From positions 60,142,001-60,206,000 of the forward strand of contig CM052817.1 in assembly GCA_028534125.1 (NCBI GenBank): 64,000 nt of DNA, in the 5' to 3' direction. Within the stretch, counting starts at the first letter, position 1. Every line of letters starts with the position of its first letter. Origin of the DNA: Lama glama. Taxonomy: Eukaryota. The notes beneath the pieces were generated by a model. That model was not told the DNA's origin. It searched no databases and was given only the letters and a program-made list of their open reading frames with translations. A program made the translations under genes and the position numbers. Positions 26,976-39,530 of this stretch are shown in pieces.

Positions 26976-28296
26976 AAATATAGTTGGGATCATTGGTTAA
27001 ATTTATTTTAAGTTAGTTTTCAGAAGTTTCAAAACCATGGTCTAGTATTTAATTTTTGCCAACTGTACCCTTGGGCTTCTTGTTGGCTGTTGTGTGAGTG
27101 TGAAATACTGACCCCAGTGAATCAAAGGAGCGAGCTGTATATAGTCTGGGGAAGCTGATATAAGAGCCAACAATTTAGACCTTGATGTTTTATACTCTCT
27201 TTGGGTAGTGACAAATATGAAAGTTTTTTTTTTTTTTTCACATTTAACTTTCTAAGGAAATAACTAAGGTTCCAGAACTCCAGCGATTTAGATAAACACT
27301 GCAACAAAATGTACAGAAGTTGGTCTTGGTTTCATACTGTACAAGATGCAGGGAGAATAATATTGTCTAATGTTTTCTAGGGACAAAAATGATTGTGCAG
27401 TTGATATGCAAAATGCATTTGACTACTGTGAGGAGTTCTTTCTCTTGATTTTCTTTGTTGTTTTGGGGAGAGAAGACACATACTAATAAATTTATAGTGG
27501 GATTTGTGTATAAAAAGCAAGAAACTATCCAAGAAATCCATGGTCGAGGGGGTTACACTGTGTGTGTGTGTGTGTCTGTATGTTAAATTTTGCATTTTGT
27601 TTCACAAGGAAGCAAGATTCTGAAAATGGTTCTCAAAGGAATTTTTACTTATATTGACTTATTTTTCAATAAGAAATTACATGATTCCTTGCAATAATTA
27701 TCTTGAATAATTTATTAAGATGAAATGAAAATGTATGTGAAACTCCAGTATTACTTTCTTATTATTAGTATTTATTTTTAACATGTTTAAGGAAGAATAT
27801 ATCTTAAGAGAAAGAAGAATGTATGGAAGGCTGTAATGCCCAAGGAGGCAGATAAAAGGCAATTTAGTAAATCAATGAAAATTTAAGATCTCATCTTTAA
27901 AAAAAAAATTAGCAAAATGAAAGAAACAAAAAGTGGATTTATTTATTTGAGTCTCCACAAAGGAGGAAAAATATGCATAATTTCGTGGTTTACTTATCTG
28001 TGGTAAGGAGAAATCTTGTTCAAAATTCTATCTAAAAATATTCAGAATTGTGGAATTGCATGCTAGAAATTGGAATTAACTAGTTGAAAGTTCAAAAAGA
28101 AGCATATTTATCTTGGACTTGAAATCATATTAATAAATGCAGCATCAAAAAAGTGACTGTAGTATGAATAACAACAGATATACAAAAATTAAAGAAAATA
28201 AATTGGGATATGAAAGAGCTGAAATTTCATGAAATAAAATTTTGTTTGGTTTGATTTTATTTTGCTTATTAGGGTCATAAGTCCTGGATTATTTTT

Positions 28297-28445
28297 GTTA
28301 TTGTATTATTTAATTATTTTTATTTAGGTGGAGGTCTGGGGAGGTAATTAGATTTATTTATTTTTAGAGGAGGTACTGGGGATTAAACCCAAAACCTTGG
28401 GTATGCTAAACATGCGCTCTACCAATTAAGCTATCCCCTCTCCCT
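28297..28445 (-). mobile_element. Camelid tRNA-derived SINE (Vic-1-like)
   Basis: The minus strand reads ggggatagcttaattggtagagcgcatgtttagcatacccaaggttttgggtttaatccccagtacctcc, with A- and B-box-like tRNA head and an A-rich tail. It is flanked by the exact 17-bp direct repeat agtcctggattattttt at 28280-28296 and 28446-28462. Confidence 0.92.
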
Positions 28446-30309
28446 AGTCCTGGATTATTTTTATTTTGTTTCTTTGTAATAATAATTATAATACAAAATC
28501 ATTTACAATTTTATCTTATTAAGTTCTTTAGTTCTATTATATTGTGCAGTTTTCATATCCAGTGAGGAAAACAGAACAGATTGTACTAAACTTTATGTTA
28601 AGAATGAAGTAATTGCAACTTAGAGAAATTAAATAGCTTAAAAAATCTAGTTAGTTGAAATTCTAGGAGTCAGCCCAGCTGTTGTTTTTCCTAAGTCCAA
28701 TTTTTTTTTTACTGAACCACGATTTTCAAAAAATAGTTTTAATGTTATATTAATTATTAAGTTTGGATTTGAAATTCTGATCTTATTCTAGCTTATGCTT
28801 GACACTCAATTCTTAATTTTTACCTCTAGGTTAATATTAGATTTGTAAAAGACAAAAATTTAAACGTGTTTCCATTGTCAAATGTCTTACTTACTTGGAG
28901 CTGAATTAACTTCTTACTATGCAGAGATAAAAAAAGAGTGTGGAAAGAATTATTGCTGAATTTGATGCTAAGTTAATTTCCTCGAATTCTTTTTATTAAC
29001 CAGCCCTGTCCTAAAACTCCTACTCCCTATTCCTCTTACATCTATTACTAGATGTACTGATAGAATGGAAGGAACCATTCTCAACTGTGAATTCTCAATC
29101 TCTGATAGTCCAGATATCTTGCTGCATTTATCATCGATACTGTCACAAAATGTGACACTTTTGTAGCAGTCTGTCGCTGATTTAGCCTAGGTTGTCTTAT
29201 TTATTGTGGCTTCAGATAGTGCAGTGTCTCCCAGTTAGACTGTAACCTTTTCACGAGCCTGCTTCTGCTTAGTATTAAGCAGAAGCTATGTGCTCAAAAG
29301 AAACGTGTAGATTATATTTACTAGCTAAAATGAAATGATTAAGATAGCATCCTAGTCATTAGTCTTTAGTTAATTGAAATAAAATATAATATCTTCTATT
29401 GTTTTAAGTGAGTATCATGTATATTTCAATGGTAGTAAAAATAGTAAAAAAAAAATACAGTTAAAATCAAGTTCAGTATAACTTTTATGACACAATTTTA
29501 AACATCCAAAATTTATTCAGTTCCTGTCATGCTTTCCATTATTTTTGAAAACAAATTAGTAATATCCAGAAAACTTTAAAAAGTAATTGCAACATTTGTA
29601 TGTATGAATAAAGACTAGAATTTAAATATGGAAGCTATAAAAAATGTCTCTTTTGTCCCATATGAAAAGGCAGCACATCATGAGGATTTGGGGAACTCTG
29701 CTTGAGAAGCTGACTTGTAGACATAGAATAATTTAACTACAGTTGCTGTGAATTGAGTTACAGTGTTACTCAGAGGATTCTGTAACTCTTCCAAGATTTT
29801 TCTTCTAAATGCTGATTTATATATTTCAAACTGTTTTACTTTCTTTTCTCAAAAGCTTTCTGATGTAGAGTTGAGACTTTTTAAAAATTGATGTTTATAA
29901 ACATTGAAATGATTTTTAAAACACTTTAGGCAGAATTCTAATATGTAATCATAAAATTGATAACATTTTTAACTGGAAAATAATCAGAATTTATCAGAAC
30001 GTTGTTCAAAATTATGGTAAAATTTTATATGTACTAGGAAACTAAATGTCCCAAGAAAAGGATATTTCATAAAAATAAACATTCACAAGCAAGGTGGTAA
30101 AATGAAGGTGGAATACAACATGATATTTTATAGTAATACAAGAATGAGCATTTGAAAAAAGTTTAATAGATGTATGTTAATTTTACTGCATTTTAGAAAT
30201 CTGTAGCTATAACTTTGAAATATTATTTTGAAAAATGTTAGTAATAGCATACAGATATGTCACAATATATGTAGGTGGGCTTAATTTTGACAGACATTGA
30301 TTTAGAACA

Positions 30310-30400
30310 GTATATTTACCTTATAGATGAGGAAACTGAGATTCAGAGAAGTTAAATGAATTACTCCAAATTAGTTTGAGGACAGAGATTCAAATAATGT
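30310..30400 (-). mobile_element. MIR core fragment
   Basis: ttatagatgaggaaactgagattcagagaagttaaatgaattac is the antisense MIR core. Confidence 0.75.
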
Positions 30401-30919
30401 TAAAAACAAAGATCATAGCTATTTAGAATAAACAGAAATGACATTTTCTAAGAGTAATCATGAAGCACTTACTGAGAACTTACATGTATTGTAGGGTGTT
30501 GTGATGGATATACCTTTTTTTTAAAAAATCACCATCTTACTTTCCTAGTCTTGTTAGGGAAAGTTCTTGCTTTCAAGTCATTTGAAATAGCAGAGAGTAC
30601 CTTTACTAGGGTAAGGGACCGTTTGGTACTCTGAAATTTCATCCAAAAGTGTACAATGTTCTCTTACCAATATGCCTACAGTACTTCATATTTCACTCAT
30701 CCTCCTATGTACCTAATACTATAAATGTGAAATTATAAAATATTTGGCTTGTTGCTTTCAAGTCATTTAATCCTGTTAACTTGCAAATGGATCCCTTTGG
30801 AATGTGTAGTGCTTCATACCTCATGTTAAAATTACTCATTTTGGCAAGATATGGGTTCTCTGTTTTGGACACTTTGAAAATTATCAAAACCATTTTTTTC
30901 ATGGTTTTTCTTTACAGAT

Positions 30920-31100
30920 CAACCATATCAATACACATTTTATCTACTAGAAAAATCTGGTAAAATTCATGTTCCAGTGTCTTTACCACCAGAGATTCTA
31001 ATTTATTAGGTTTTACTTTTTCAAGTGGAAATGGGGAATCTATAATTTTAATAAGCAGCAAGCTAATTCCAATGTGGGTAGACTGCTTTCAGAAATATTG
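30920..31100. mobile_element. MER5A-like hAT fragment
   Basis: ccagagattctaatttattagg...ggaatctataattttaataagc...aattccaatgtggg. Confidence 0.5.
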
Positions 31101-32904
31101 ATCATAAATTATTAAATATAGAGTCATAATAGACATTGTTGAATTGAATTAATCCTTTGAAAACAGGTTTGTGAACTTTTATTCAGTGCTATTTTTATTG
31201 CATTTTTCCAAGTAGAAGAGAACATCTTATTTCAACATCCATCATGAATTAATTATTTTTTGTATTTGAAATATCTTAGGTGTGCACATTTATAAGAAAC
31301 AGAGCACATTTAATTTTAAGAAATTCATTAAAAGATTTACATGCTAAATTCCAGCAACTCAATCTAAGTATAGACTCTTAACAGGAAGCTTAAATGACAA
31401 GGAAATGAGAAAGAATTTTGTCTTATTATTCCTTGTTGAATGGAATTTTGCAGTCCAAGGTTAGAATACTCTGTCTAAGATAGGGAGTTGCATGTGCAAT
31501 TTTCAAAGGTCCATTTTGCTCCCAGGTGATACTTCTGTATTTGAAAGGAATACGTTTAGTAAAGAGCAAAAATAGTCACCATTTTGTTTTCTCTAAAAAC
31601 AGAAAATCTCAGTATTTTCTATCTTTTTTATTGGTTCTGGGAAACAATACGTGGCACTGAAATAACTCTGCAACTGTTCTGAGTTGATGCAAGATGTGTA
31701 CCAGTTGAATAATGAGGACAAACAAAGCTTCATTTATCAAAAACAAAATCTTCAAAATGTTGTCTTAGTTCACACACATTCTTATGCAGAACAAGGGTTA
31801 AGTTATCCACTTCTGCATTAGCCCGGAAGTACACTTTATTCTTTTATTGTCAACTACCTCCCTTCCTTATCAGAATTTTCCCAAGAAGTCCATTAGTGTG
31901 CCCTGTCACTATGAAAACCATTCAGACCTGCGGAGTGGCTTTAGGTTCATGTTGATAGATTTATACCACACCTTCAGTGACAAAGATCATATATCCTTAG
32001 CTACTTCATAATTTGGAGGACAACTTAAGATTTGAAGATTGGAAAGGCTTTGTATATTTTGCTCTCCTTAAGCTTTTAATCCTCAATATATTAACTTTTT
32101 TTCAGATGGATTTCATAGACTTGGAGAACAGAAAACAAAACTATCTGGTACTTTCTGCTCCCCAGATATCTCTGAACAGTTCAGTAGTTTGGGTACAAAT
32201 ACTTTATTTGTGTTATTCAAAATAAAGACTTAAAATTTAGAAATTGGAGGAGAAAGACACAGACAACATGGCAGTCTTGATTGACGTAACTGGGTTAGTT
32301 GCTTCCACAGGGAAGAGTTTTTCAGGAAGCAGTTAGATACATACTTGCACAAGTTGATTTTAACAAGGCTGTCATTCTAACAACAACAACAAAATTCCTT
32401 CCTACTTTTTCTGCAATGAAAATTAAGTTTCCATTAAAAATATTTATTAATATAATATTAAGAGGCTGTTTTACTCAGTCATCTTTCAAATATCTGCATC
32501 ACACATCCCCATCAAAGGATGGTGATGGTAGGTTAGAACAATCCAGAAAAGCTAATACTTTGAAGTAATTTAAATACAGCCCTGCAGTACATTTAATTAA
32601 TTTCAATAAGTTTAGTTTCTTGTTTATTTAGACTATTATTGATGTCCATCATTTGTTGACCCTCTGGCTAGGGGATAAGGGAAAAGAGAAAATACCTGGA
32701 CACTGGGTTTGAACTTAAACTATCTCTATTATCATTAAGATGAGTTCTAGGATGTTTTTACTTCTGTAGGATGTGTCTTTTGATTAATATTTCTCAGTTA
32801 TTTTTTTAAAGCAAAGCAGACACATTTATTTTGTCTGCACTTTAATAAATCTCTTATACTGAATTGCATTTGTCTTTCTACTTTTAATATTCATGGATTC
32901 ACTT

Positions 32905-33100
32905 TTTAGCAAGTATTCATTGAATTCTTAATTTGTATAAGATATAGTGATATAGGAAACACTCCCTAAGCTCAAACTTTACAATCTAGTTAAAGAGATG
33001 ACATGCATACAAATAAAGCAGATGAAGATAACATGTATTAAATGTCATAGAGAAATAGGAAAAAGTTTTAGTAAGAGTTCAAATGAGGATGAGCTCACTT
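32905..33100 (-). mobile_element. L2 3' fragment
   Basis: caagtattcattgaattctta...ctccctaagctcaaactttacaatctagttaaagagatgacatg. Confidence 0.55.
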
Positions 33101-33753
33101 CAGGCAAAATCCTATTATTATAAGCCTGTAGGGCTATCCAAATTCTGTCGGTGTACCTAATGTTATTTGGTGCTTTGCTGTTCACCAGGCTCTGGGGGAA
33201 ATGACATTATATTAAATTAATTACCCTTAATTAGTATAATGATCCTCTGGCTTTCTAGTTCTCTATCTTATTTTGACATCAAATTATTAAAAAGTTATAG
33301 AATTGTCTATATATACATTCCAATAGTGATTTTGTTTAATGTAAATATATACGAACAAAGACTGGAAGGAGGGATGTAAAATATGGTGATTTTATTTTCA
33401 AAATCATCAATGATATTCTTATTATATATATACTTTTTTTTTAAGTAGAAAATGTAAGGTTTTGATATCTTGACACTCTCAATTGGGGAGACAGAAATTA
33501 CTGACATGACACATTTTTGTTGTTAGTTGACCCAAATAAAATGACATTCATAACAGTGTTTTTCATAGTACTGAGAATTAAAGGAAAGAAATGCAGTAAA
33601 GTAACTAGCACCACACCTGGCACAGTATAAGCCCACAATAAATCTTAGCCTTAATAATTATTACTGATTTTATTTGAACATTAACATCATACAAAGTGCA
33701 AGGGCAAAGTTCAGCTTGTTCTCCCTTTTGTTTTCTGCCATAAAAAACAGTGG

Positions 33754-35678
33754 TTTTACTGAACATGAGTACCCCTGCTTGGCACTCAAAAATCAACACT
33801 TGATGACTCTCCATACCATTTTCCGTAACAGCTGCACCAAACTGCATTCCTACCAACAGTGTAGGAGGGTTCCCTTTTCTCCACAGCCTCTCCAGCGTTT
33901 ATTGTTTGCAGACTTTTGAATGATGGCCGTTCTGACTGGTGTGAGGTGATACCTCATTGTAGTTTTGATTTGCATTTTTCTGATAATTAGCAATACTGAG
34001 CATTTTTTTCTTGTGCCTATTCATAGCAGCACTATATACAATAGCCAAGACATGAAAACAACCTAAATGTCCATTGACAGATGACTGGATAAAGAAGATG
34101 TGGTATATTTATACAATGGAATAAAAAAAGAATAAAATAATGCTAGTTGCAGGATGGATCTGGAGATCCTCATTCTAAGTGTAGTAAGCCAGAAAGAGAA
34201 AGAAAAATAGCATATAATATCATTCATATGTGGAACCAAAAAAAGAAGAAGAAGAAGAAGAAGAAGAAGAAGAAAAAAGACACTAATGAACTCATCTACA
34301 AACAGAAACAGACTCACAGACATAGTAAACAATCTTATGGTTATTACCGGGGGGGAAAGGTGGAGGAAGGGATAAATTCAGGAGTTCGAGATTTGCATAT
34401 ATTAACTACTATATATAAAAATAGATTAAAAAACAGATTTCTTCTGTATAGCACAGGGAACTATATTCAGTATCTTGTAATAACCTTTAATGAAAAAGAG
34501 TATGAAAATGAATATATGTGTGTATGTGTATGACTGGGACATTATGCTGTATACCAGAAATTGACACATGGTATCTGACTGCACTTCAATTAGAAAAAAA
34601 ATCAAAATCGAGAGAGGTAAATGTTGTTAGAAAGGAAAGTTGCTTTTACTCACACACCGACAATCTGCAGAGATGGTGAACTCAGTGTCCACAAAATAAC
34701 TAACTGTGAGGTTTCTGCTCAGCCATGCAAGTTTAAAGGGAAAAGGGGAAGTAATCTCAGTTAATCATTGAGATAGGGGGTCAGAGTCATCGCCATTCCC
34801 TACTGCATATAGGCTTGTTGTGAAGGTATGTTGACTTCTTTGATTGTTTTTCTTTAGATGTTATCTTGTTCACACAATTTGTTAATGAGATTACTGAAAG
34901 GGAAGCTAGGGGACAGACCTGGTCATCTGTTAATTACTTATTCTTCATTTCCTACTTCTTTGATGTAGGAAAGAACCATCAGTGTAAGCAAGGTATTATG
35001 TTATTAAAAGATCTGAAAGGTGTGCTAAGGTCGGAGGTGAGTAGAGCATGGGGGTGTCTGGTTTAAGGTTAGTTACAAGACAAAAGAAGCCTCCTGCAGA
35101 GAGCTCTTTCCTCCCAAAAGCTGCTTACAAATCCCCACTTGTCAGAAAATCATTTCATTTCTGTGGGATCATGGGCAAAGGCCCATCCTCTGTAACTTCT
35201 TCATGCTGAAATAGGGCCCCATATTCTTAGAGTGGAAGATGTCAACATAGAGCTGTAGCATCTCTTTGCCGACAGTTGTAGTTGCCCATTTACATATCTG
35301 GACAGAACAAGTTACAATTACTTTAATTCTCACGAAGACACAGATTATTATGAGCAATAGTGTTAGTCTTTTTCTCTTAAGGCCAGTTCTTGAAATTATG
35401 CTAGCTATAAATTCAGTACTGCTCAAGATGGAACAGTTTATGTCATGGCTACAGTCTAGTCTTTATGCAGTTAACTTTTTTCCCGCTGGTGGCAGTTATA
35501 GTGTCTGTAAAACAACTCAGGAAAGAGCATCAGACAGTCTGTGACTGTTGCCCTAGTCATCAACTGCTTGAGCCTGCTCTTTTGTGACTCAGGGAGGCCT
35601 GGGAGACTTCAGCTTTTCAATAAACTAGAGACGGGCTGGGGAGGGTGGGGGAAGTTCTCAGGGTCCTGTTCGGTTCCA
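33754..35678 (-). mobile_element. ERV1-type composite LTR element interrupted by an L1
   Basis: LTR-like sequence at 33754-33803 continues at about 34612-35129 and ends in ...cttaca. A polypurine tract (minus aagtggggatt, 35130-35140) abuts it. A hydrophobic env-TM-like stretch lies in ORF 35169-35426. A second LTR-like segment at about 35370-35678 ends ggtcctgttcggttcca. Flanks are gtgg and atgg. Confidence 0.75.
33804..34601 (+). mobile_element. 5'-truncated L1 with 5' inversion
   Basis: About 33806-34021 is antisense L1 ORF2-end sequence. About 34020-34601 is sense (catagcagcactatatacaatagccaagac...cttcaatt plus an A tail) and includes an internal (GAA)n at about 34245-34274. Confidence 0.92.
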
Positions 35679-35924
35679 ATGGGACAAATTGCAAATATAA
35701 CAGTTAGGTTTGTATATTAAAATCAACTACATCATTGTAAGGAGGGGAAATACAACTACACTGAATAGAAATCCTCTGAGTCTTGAAAGCAAAGGAAAGC
35801 CCTGCCCTTTCTCCATGTTCTTTTCAGTGCATACAGTAGATAAACACAGAATTCATTAGCACATACTACAACACACTCTCTCTTGAGACCCTCAAATATT
35901 TCCCCTGATTATAACCATTGAAAA

Positions 35925-36270
35925 CTAAGCTGGATCATTTTCTTAAAACTAACTGTGTCCTTATACCTTCCTTATAACTTGATGAGATTTCTCTCTCCAC
36001 ATGCTGACAGCTTAATACTCACTTGGTCTTCGAGGTACTAAGCAATCCTTTCAGTGTACAAACCAGTAGACTAGTAGTGGTGTACACCCATACAGTTGAA
36101 GTCAGAGCCTTTCAAAGCTCCTTTTGTGCTAGAAGTGTTCTCTCCTGCCACAAGTCTATCATATGCTAGCTATTAAGGGTAAGGAACAATGCCAGTCTTA
36201 TTTCTAATGGTATTTCCTGAGTCTAGCTCAGTATTAGGCACAAAGAGAACTTCAATAATTGTCAAATCAA
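35925..36270 (+). mobile_element. L2 fragments
   Basis: aagggtaaggaacaatgccagtcttattt...gtctagctcagtattaggcacaaagagaacttcaataa. Confidence 0.5.
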
Positions 36271-37744
36271 CAGTTATTAGTTTTAAAACTTTGATCATAA
36301 AAGGAAAAAAGCTTTAGTTATATTTGAAATATGAATTCCATATGAAAGAAGAATTAAGTGAACATTGTGCAGTGTTTCTCAGTGTCAGTCTGTTCTACCT
36401 GGGTCAGTGCTGAAACTCCTTCTTACAGAGTCAAGTAGGCAAGTGGCCTTCAGTTGTAGCTTCTGAATCTCCAATACACTGACCTAAGGAATCCAACAGA
36501 AATCCTATAGGTAACTTAGCTTAATTATAATAATAAAATAAAATATGTATATTCTTTATTTTTAATACAAAAAAAAACCTTGTAACAGTTTTGCATGTGA
36601 GAAAATCCAAAGGCTGATTTTTTTAAAATTTTTATGTTCAGTTTACTAGTCCAGAAATTGCTTAGAAAACTCATAGTTTTAGGCTATAATCAGGGAATTG
36701 AGATCTCAAGTCAGGTCAAATCCCCAAGCTGCGAGTATCCCATTCTTTGATACTGCTACCGTCCCAAAGCAGCTCAAGATTAAGTGGATAGACAGGGATG
36801 AAAACAAAATGTTTCCAGTAATACTGCATTTGCAATAGTTAAGAACCTCATGCACTTAGTTACCTTATTAACTGTACTTTTTGGGCTCAAGTTTGCTTTC
36901 CTATACAGTTGATGCAAATGTTTAATCTGTTTCATTTTAAGTATCTTCAAGAGACAATTTAAACCATAAACATTCCAGATTGTAATATTTTTCTCGAGGA
37001 GTAACTTCCTCTAACCTCCTGACTAGTTGAGATTTCAAATACTAAAGCTTAATTTCCACTATTGTTATCACAAAGGATGAATAATGAGTGATTATAATTA
37101 TCTGATTTTATCTATTGCTGCAGCTTAAGGCATCTGAATTTTTAAATTTTGTTATTTAACTCTTTCATGGCAAGTGCTTTTTCCATTTCAATATATTTAA
37201 AATTCATTTAAAAGGATAATAGTTACTACAAATATATTCCAGAATATTAATATGTCTGTTTAGACCTCCCTAGCCATGGAGAGTTTTCTCTGCTTCCCTC
37301 TTTATTCCCTTCCTTCCTTCCTTTTTTTTTTAACAATAAAATCTCACTCATTCATTCACTCACTCACTCATACTCATTCACCATCATAATGAAACAGTAA
37401 TCCTCAGTGTTCTCAACCTGTGTCCATTAAACCATAATCAACTGATTATTTTCCTGACTCTTTTTCTTTTATGATGTCATTGTCTCCTCTTGATAATGCC
37501 CATATTCCTTTTAGTTTTCACTTTCAAATTTAGAAGCTGTGTATTTGGTCAATCAAATCATACACTGAGCTACTAGAGGGCTCTAAAAGTACCTACGTAA
37601 TAGGGAAGATTAGTGCAGTATATAAAACTGAACAAAAATTTAGTCTGCTTCTTTTTTATTTTCTGATCCCATAATTGATTTGCTTTACAACTTAGGTCAA
37701 AGTAGAAGTTCTGTGTTTCTGATTCCTTTTCCCTCTTGTTTCCT

Positions 37745-38523
37745 TGAGATGTACTTGATATATTATATTGGTTCTAAGTGTACAACAATATACCTTGATA
37801 GATATATTGCAAATTGCTTGCCATGATGAGTTTAGTCAACTTTTATCACCTCAAATAGTTACAAATTTTCTCTTGTGATTAGATTTTTTAAGATCTGCTC
37901 TCTTAGCAACTTTCAAATATACAATATATTTTTTAAATTATCTTAATAGTTTCTATTAAAGTATAATTGACATACAATATTTTATTAGTTTAAGGTATAC
38001 AACATAATGACTCGATATTTGTATATACTGCAAAATAATCACCATAATAGGTCTAGTTAACATTTATCTCCATATATAGTGATATATTTTTTTTTCTGAT
38101 GAAGACTTTGATATTGTTAACTATAGTCACCATGTTGTACATTACATCCCCAGAACTTATTTATCTTATAAATGGAAGTATGTACCTCTTGGCTACCTTC
38201 ACTCATTTCACCCACCCTCTACCTCTGGCAGCCACCAGTTGTTCTTTCTGTGAGTTTAATTTCTTTGAATTCCACATATAAGTGAGATAATGCAGTGTCC
38301 TTCTTTTACTTCACTTAGCAAAATGCCCTCACAGTCCACATTGTTTCAAATGGCAAGATTTCCTTGTTCTTTAAATGGCTGAACAATATTCCACATTTTC
38401 ACTATTCATTTATCCATAATGGACACTTAGATTGTTTCCATGTCTTGGCTATTGTAAATAGTGCTGCAATAAACATAGGAGTGTAGGTATTTTTTCGAGG
38501 TAGTGATTTTGTTTCCATCAGAT
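37745..38523 (-). mobile_element. L1MA9/L1M3-like 3' end with a nested second 3'-end fragment
   Basis: ctctcttagcaactttcaaatatacaat, aactatagtcaccatgttgtacattacatccccagaacttatttatc and ggacacttagattgtttccatgtcttggctattgtaaatagtgctgcaataaac are antisense L1 3' sequence. Confidence 0.88.
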
Positions 38524-39530
38524 CACAGAGGAAGAGCAAGAAGATGATACCTGCCGGCCTCTCTGGTCTTTGGAGAGGATTGTAATTCAGCCATTAGATG
38601 TGTGTTAAATTAGAAACCTGACCCTCAGGCCCCAGCTTTTAAGATGCAAATAGGCTTCTTTCAGGGAACCACTAGGAGGTTCAGTCTGCTGCCTCTACTC
38701 CGAGCCCTGAGTGGTAGCTTGTTAAGAGCTGTTTCTGTGCTTGCTACTGTCCAGTGAGACACATGAACACAAGTCTCACTGGCCACCAGAGCCAGGTGAT
38801 CTATGGGTATGTCCCCTGCATGATAGCCATAAAAGCCAGAGCACCAGGTGTGTGCACAAGCTCTTTCCAGGGAGACACCAATGACCTGGAGTGGGGCAAG
38901 AGGAGAGCATGAAATGGCATTTGCCAACCTCCTTGGTCTCTGGAGAGGACTGCAGTAGACCTCTAGTAGTATGTTAAATTAGAAGCCAGACCCTCAGGCT
39001 GCAGCTTTTCAGAGATGCAAATAGACCTCTTTCTGGGAAACACTTAGTGTTTTGGATCTGCTGCCTCAGCAGCTGATCCCTGGAGTGATAACCACAGTAA
39101 ATCTCTGTAAATTGTTACAAGCTGTTTTTTAAATTTACTATACTGTTGTAAGTCTTATGGATGCAAACCTTGCTGGCTTGAGTAAGTGTTTGGGGGCTGA
39201 GGGACAATCTCAGGAGGAAGATTTAAAAGTTGAAGTGTTAGATGTTGGGTCCAAACCTTCCTCTCCTTGGGGAGAAGCTGGTGGTTTTGAGTTCCCTCTT
39301 GATTGTATGTTGTGTCCTGAGTGGGGTTAATGGTGAGATGCTGTCTCAGCCTCTCCTGCCCCTTTTGATGTTTTTTTTTTTCCCCCTTAGCCTGATGTGC
39401 AGGTTATCAATCACTTAGTTTCTGAATTTCTTTCAGAGAGAATTGTTCCATACATAGCTGTAGACGTAGTGTGTCTGTGAAAGTAGGTAAGTTTAGGAGC
39501 CTCCTATGTTGTCCTCTTGAACCGAGCCCT
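38524..39530 (-). mobile_element. Old L1 5' UTR with tandem monomer-like duplication
   Basis: Ends aattgttccatacatagctgtagac...gtaagtttaggagcctcctatgttgtcctcttgaacc, resembling the antisense L1M 5' terminus. An internal repeat is visible at about 38530-38690 and 38900-39065. Confidence 0.7.

Noticed and set aside
28370..28440. tRNA-like sequence
   Set aside because: It is the head of a SINE with an A-rich tail and TSD, not a tRNA gene.
34147..34533. 128-aa ORF with a poly-Lys tract (and the antisense poly-Leu ORF)
   Set aside because: It lies within the L1 3' end, and the homopolymer comes from a (GAA)n microsatellite.
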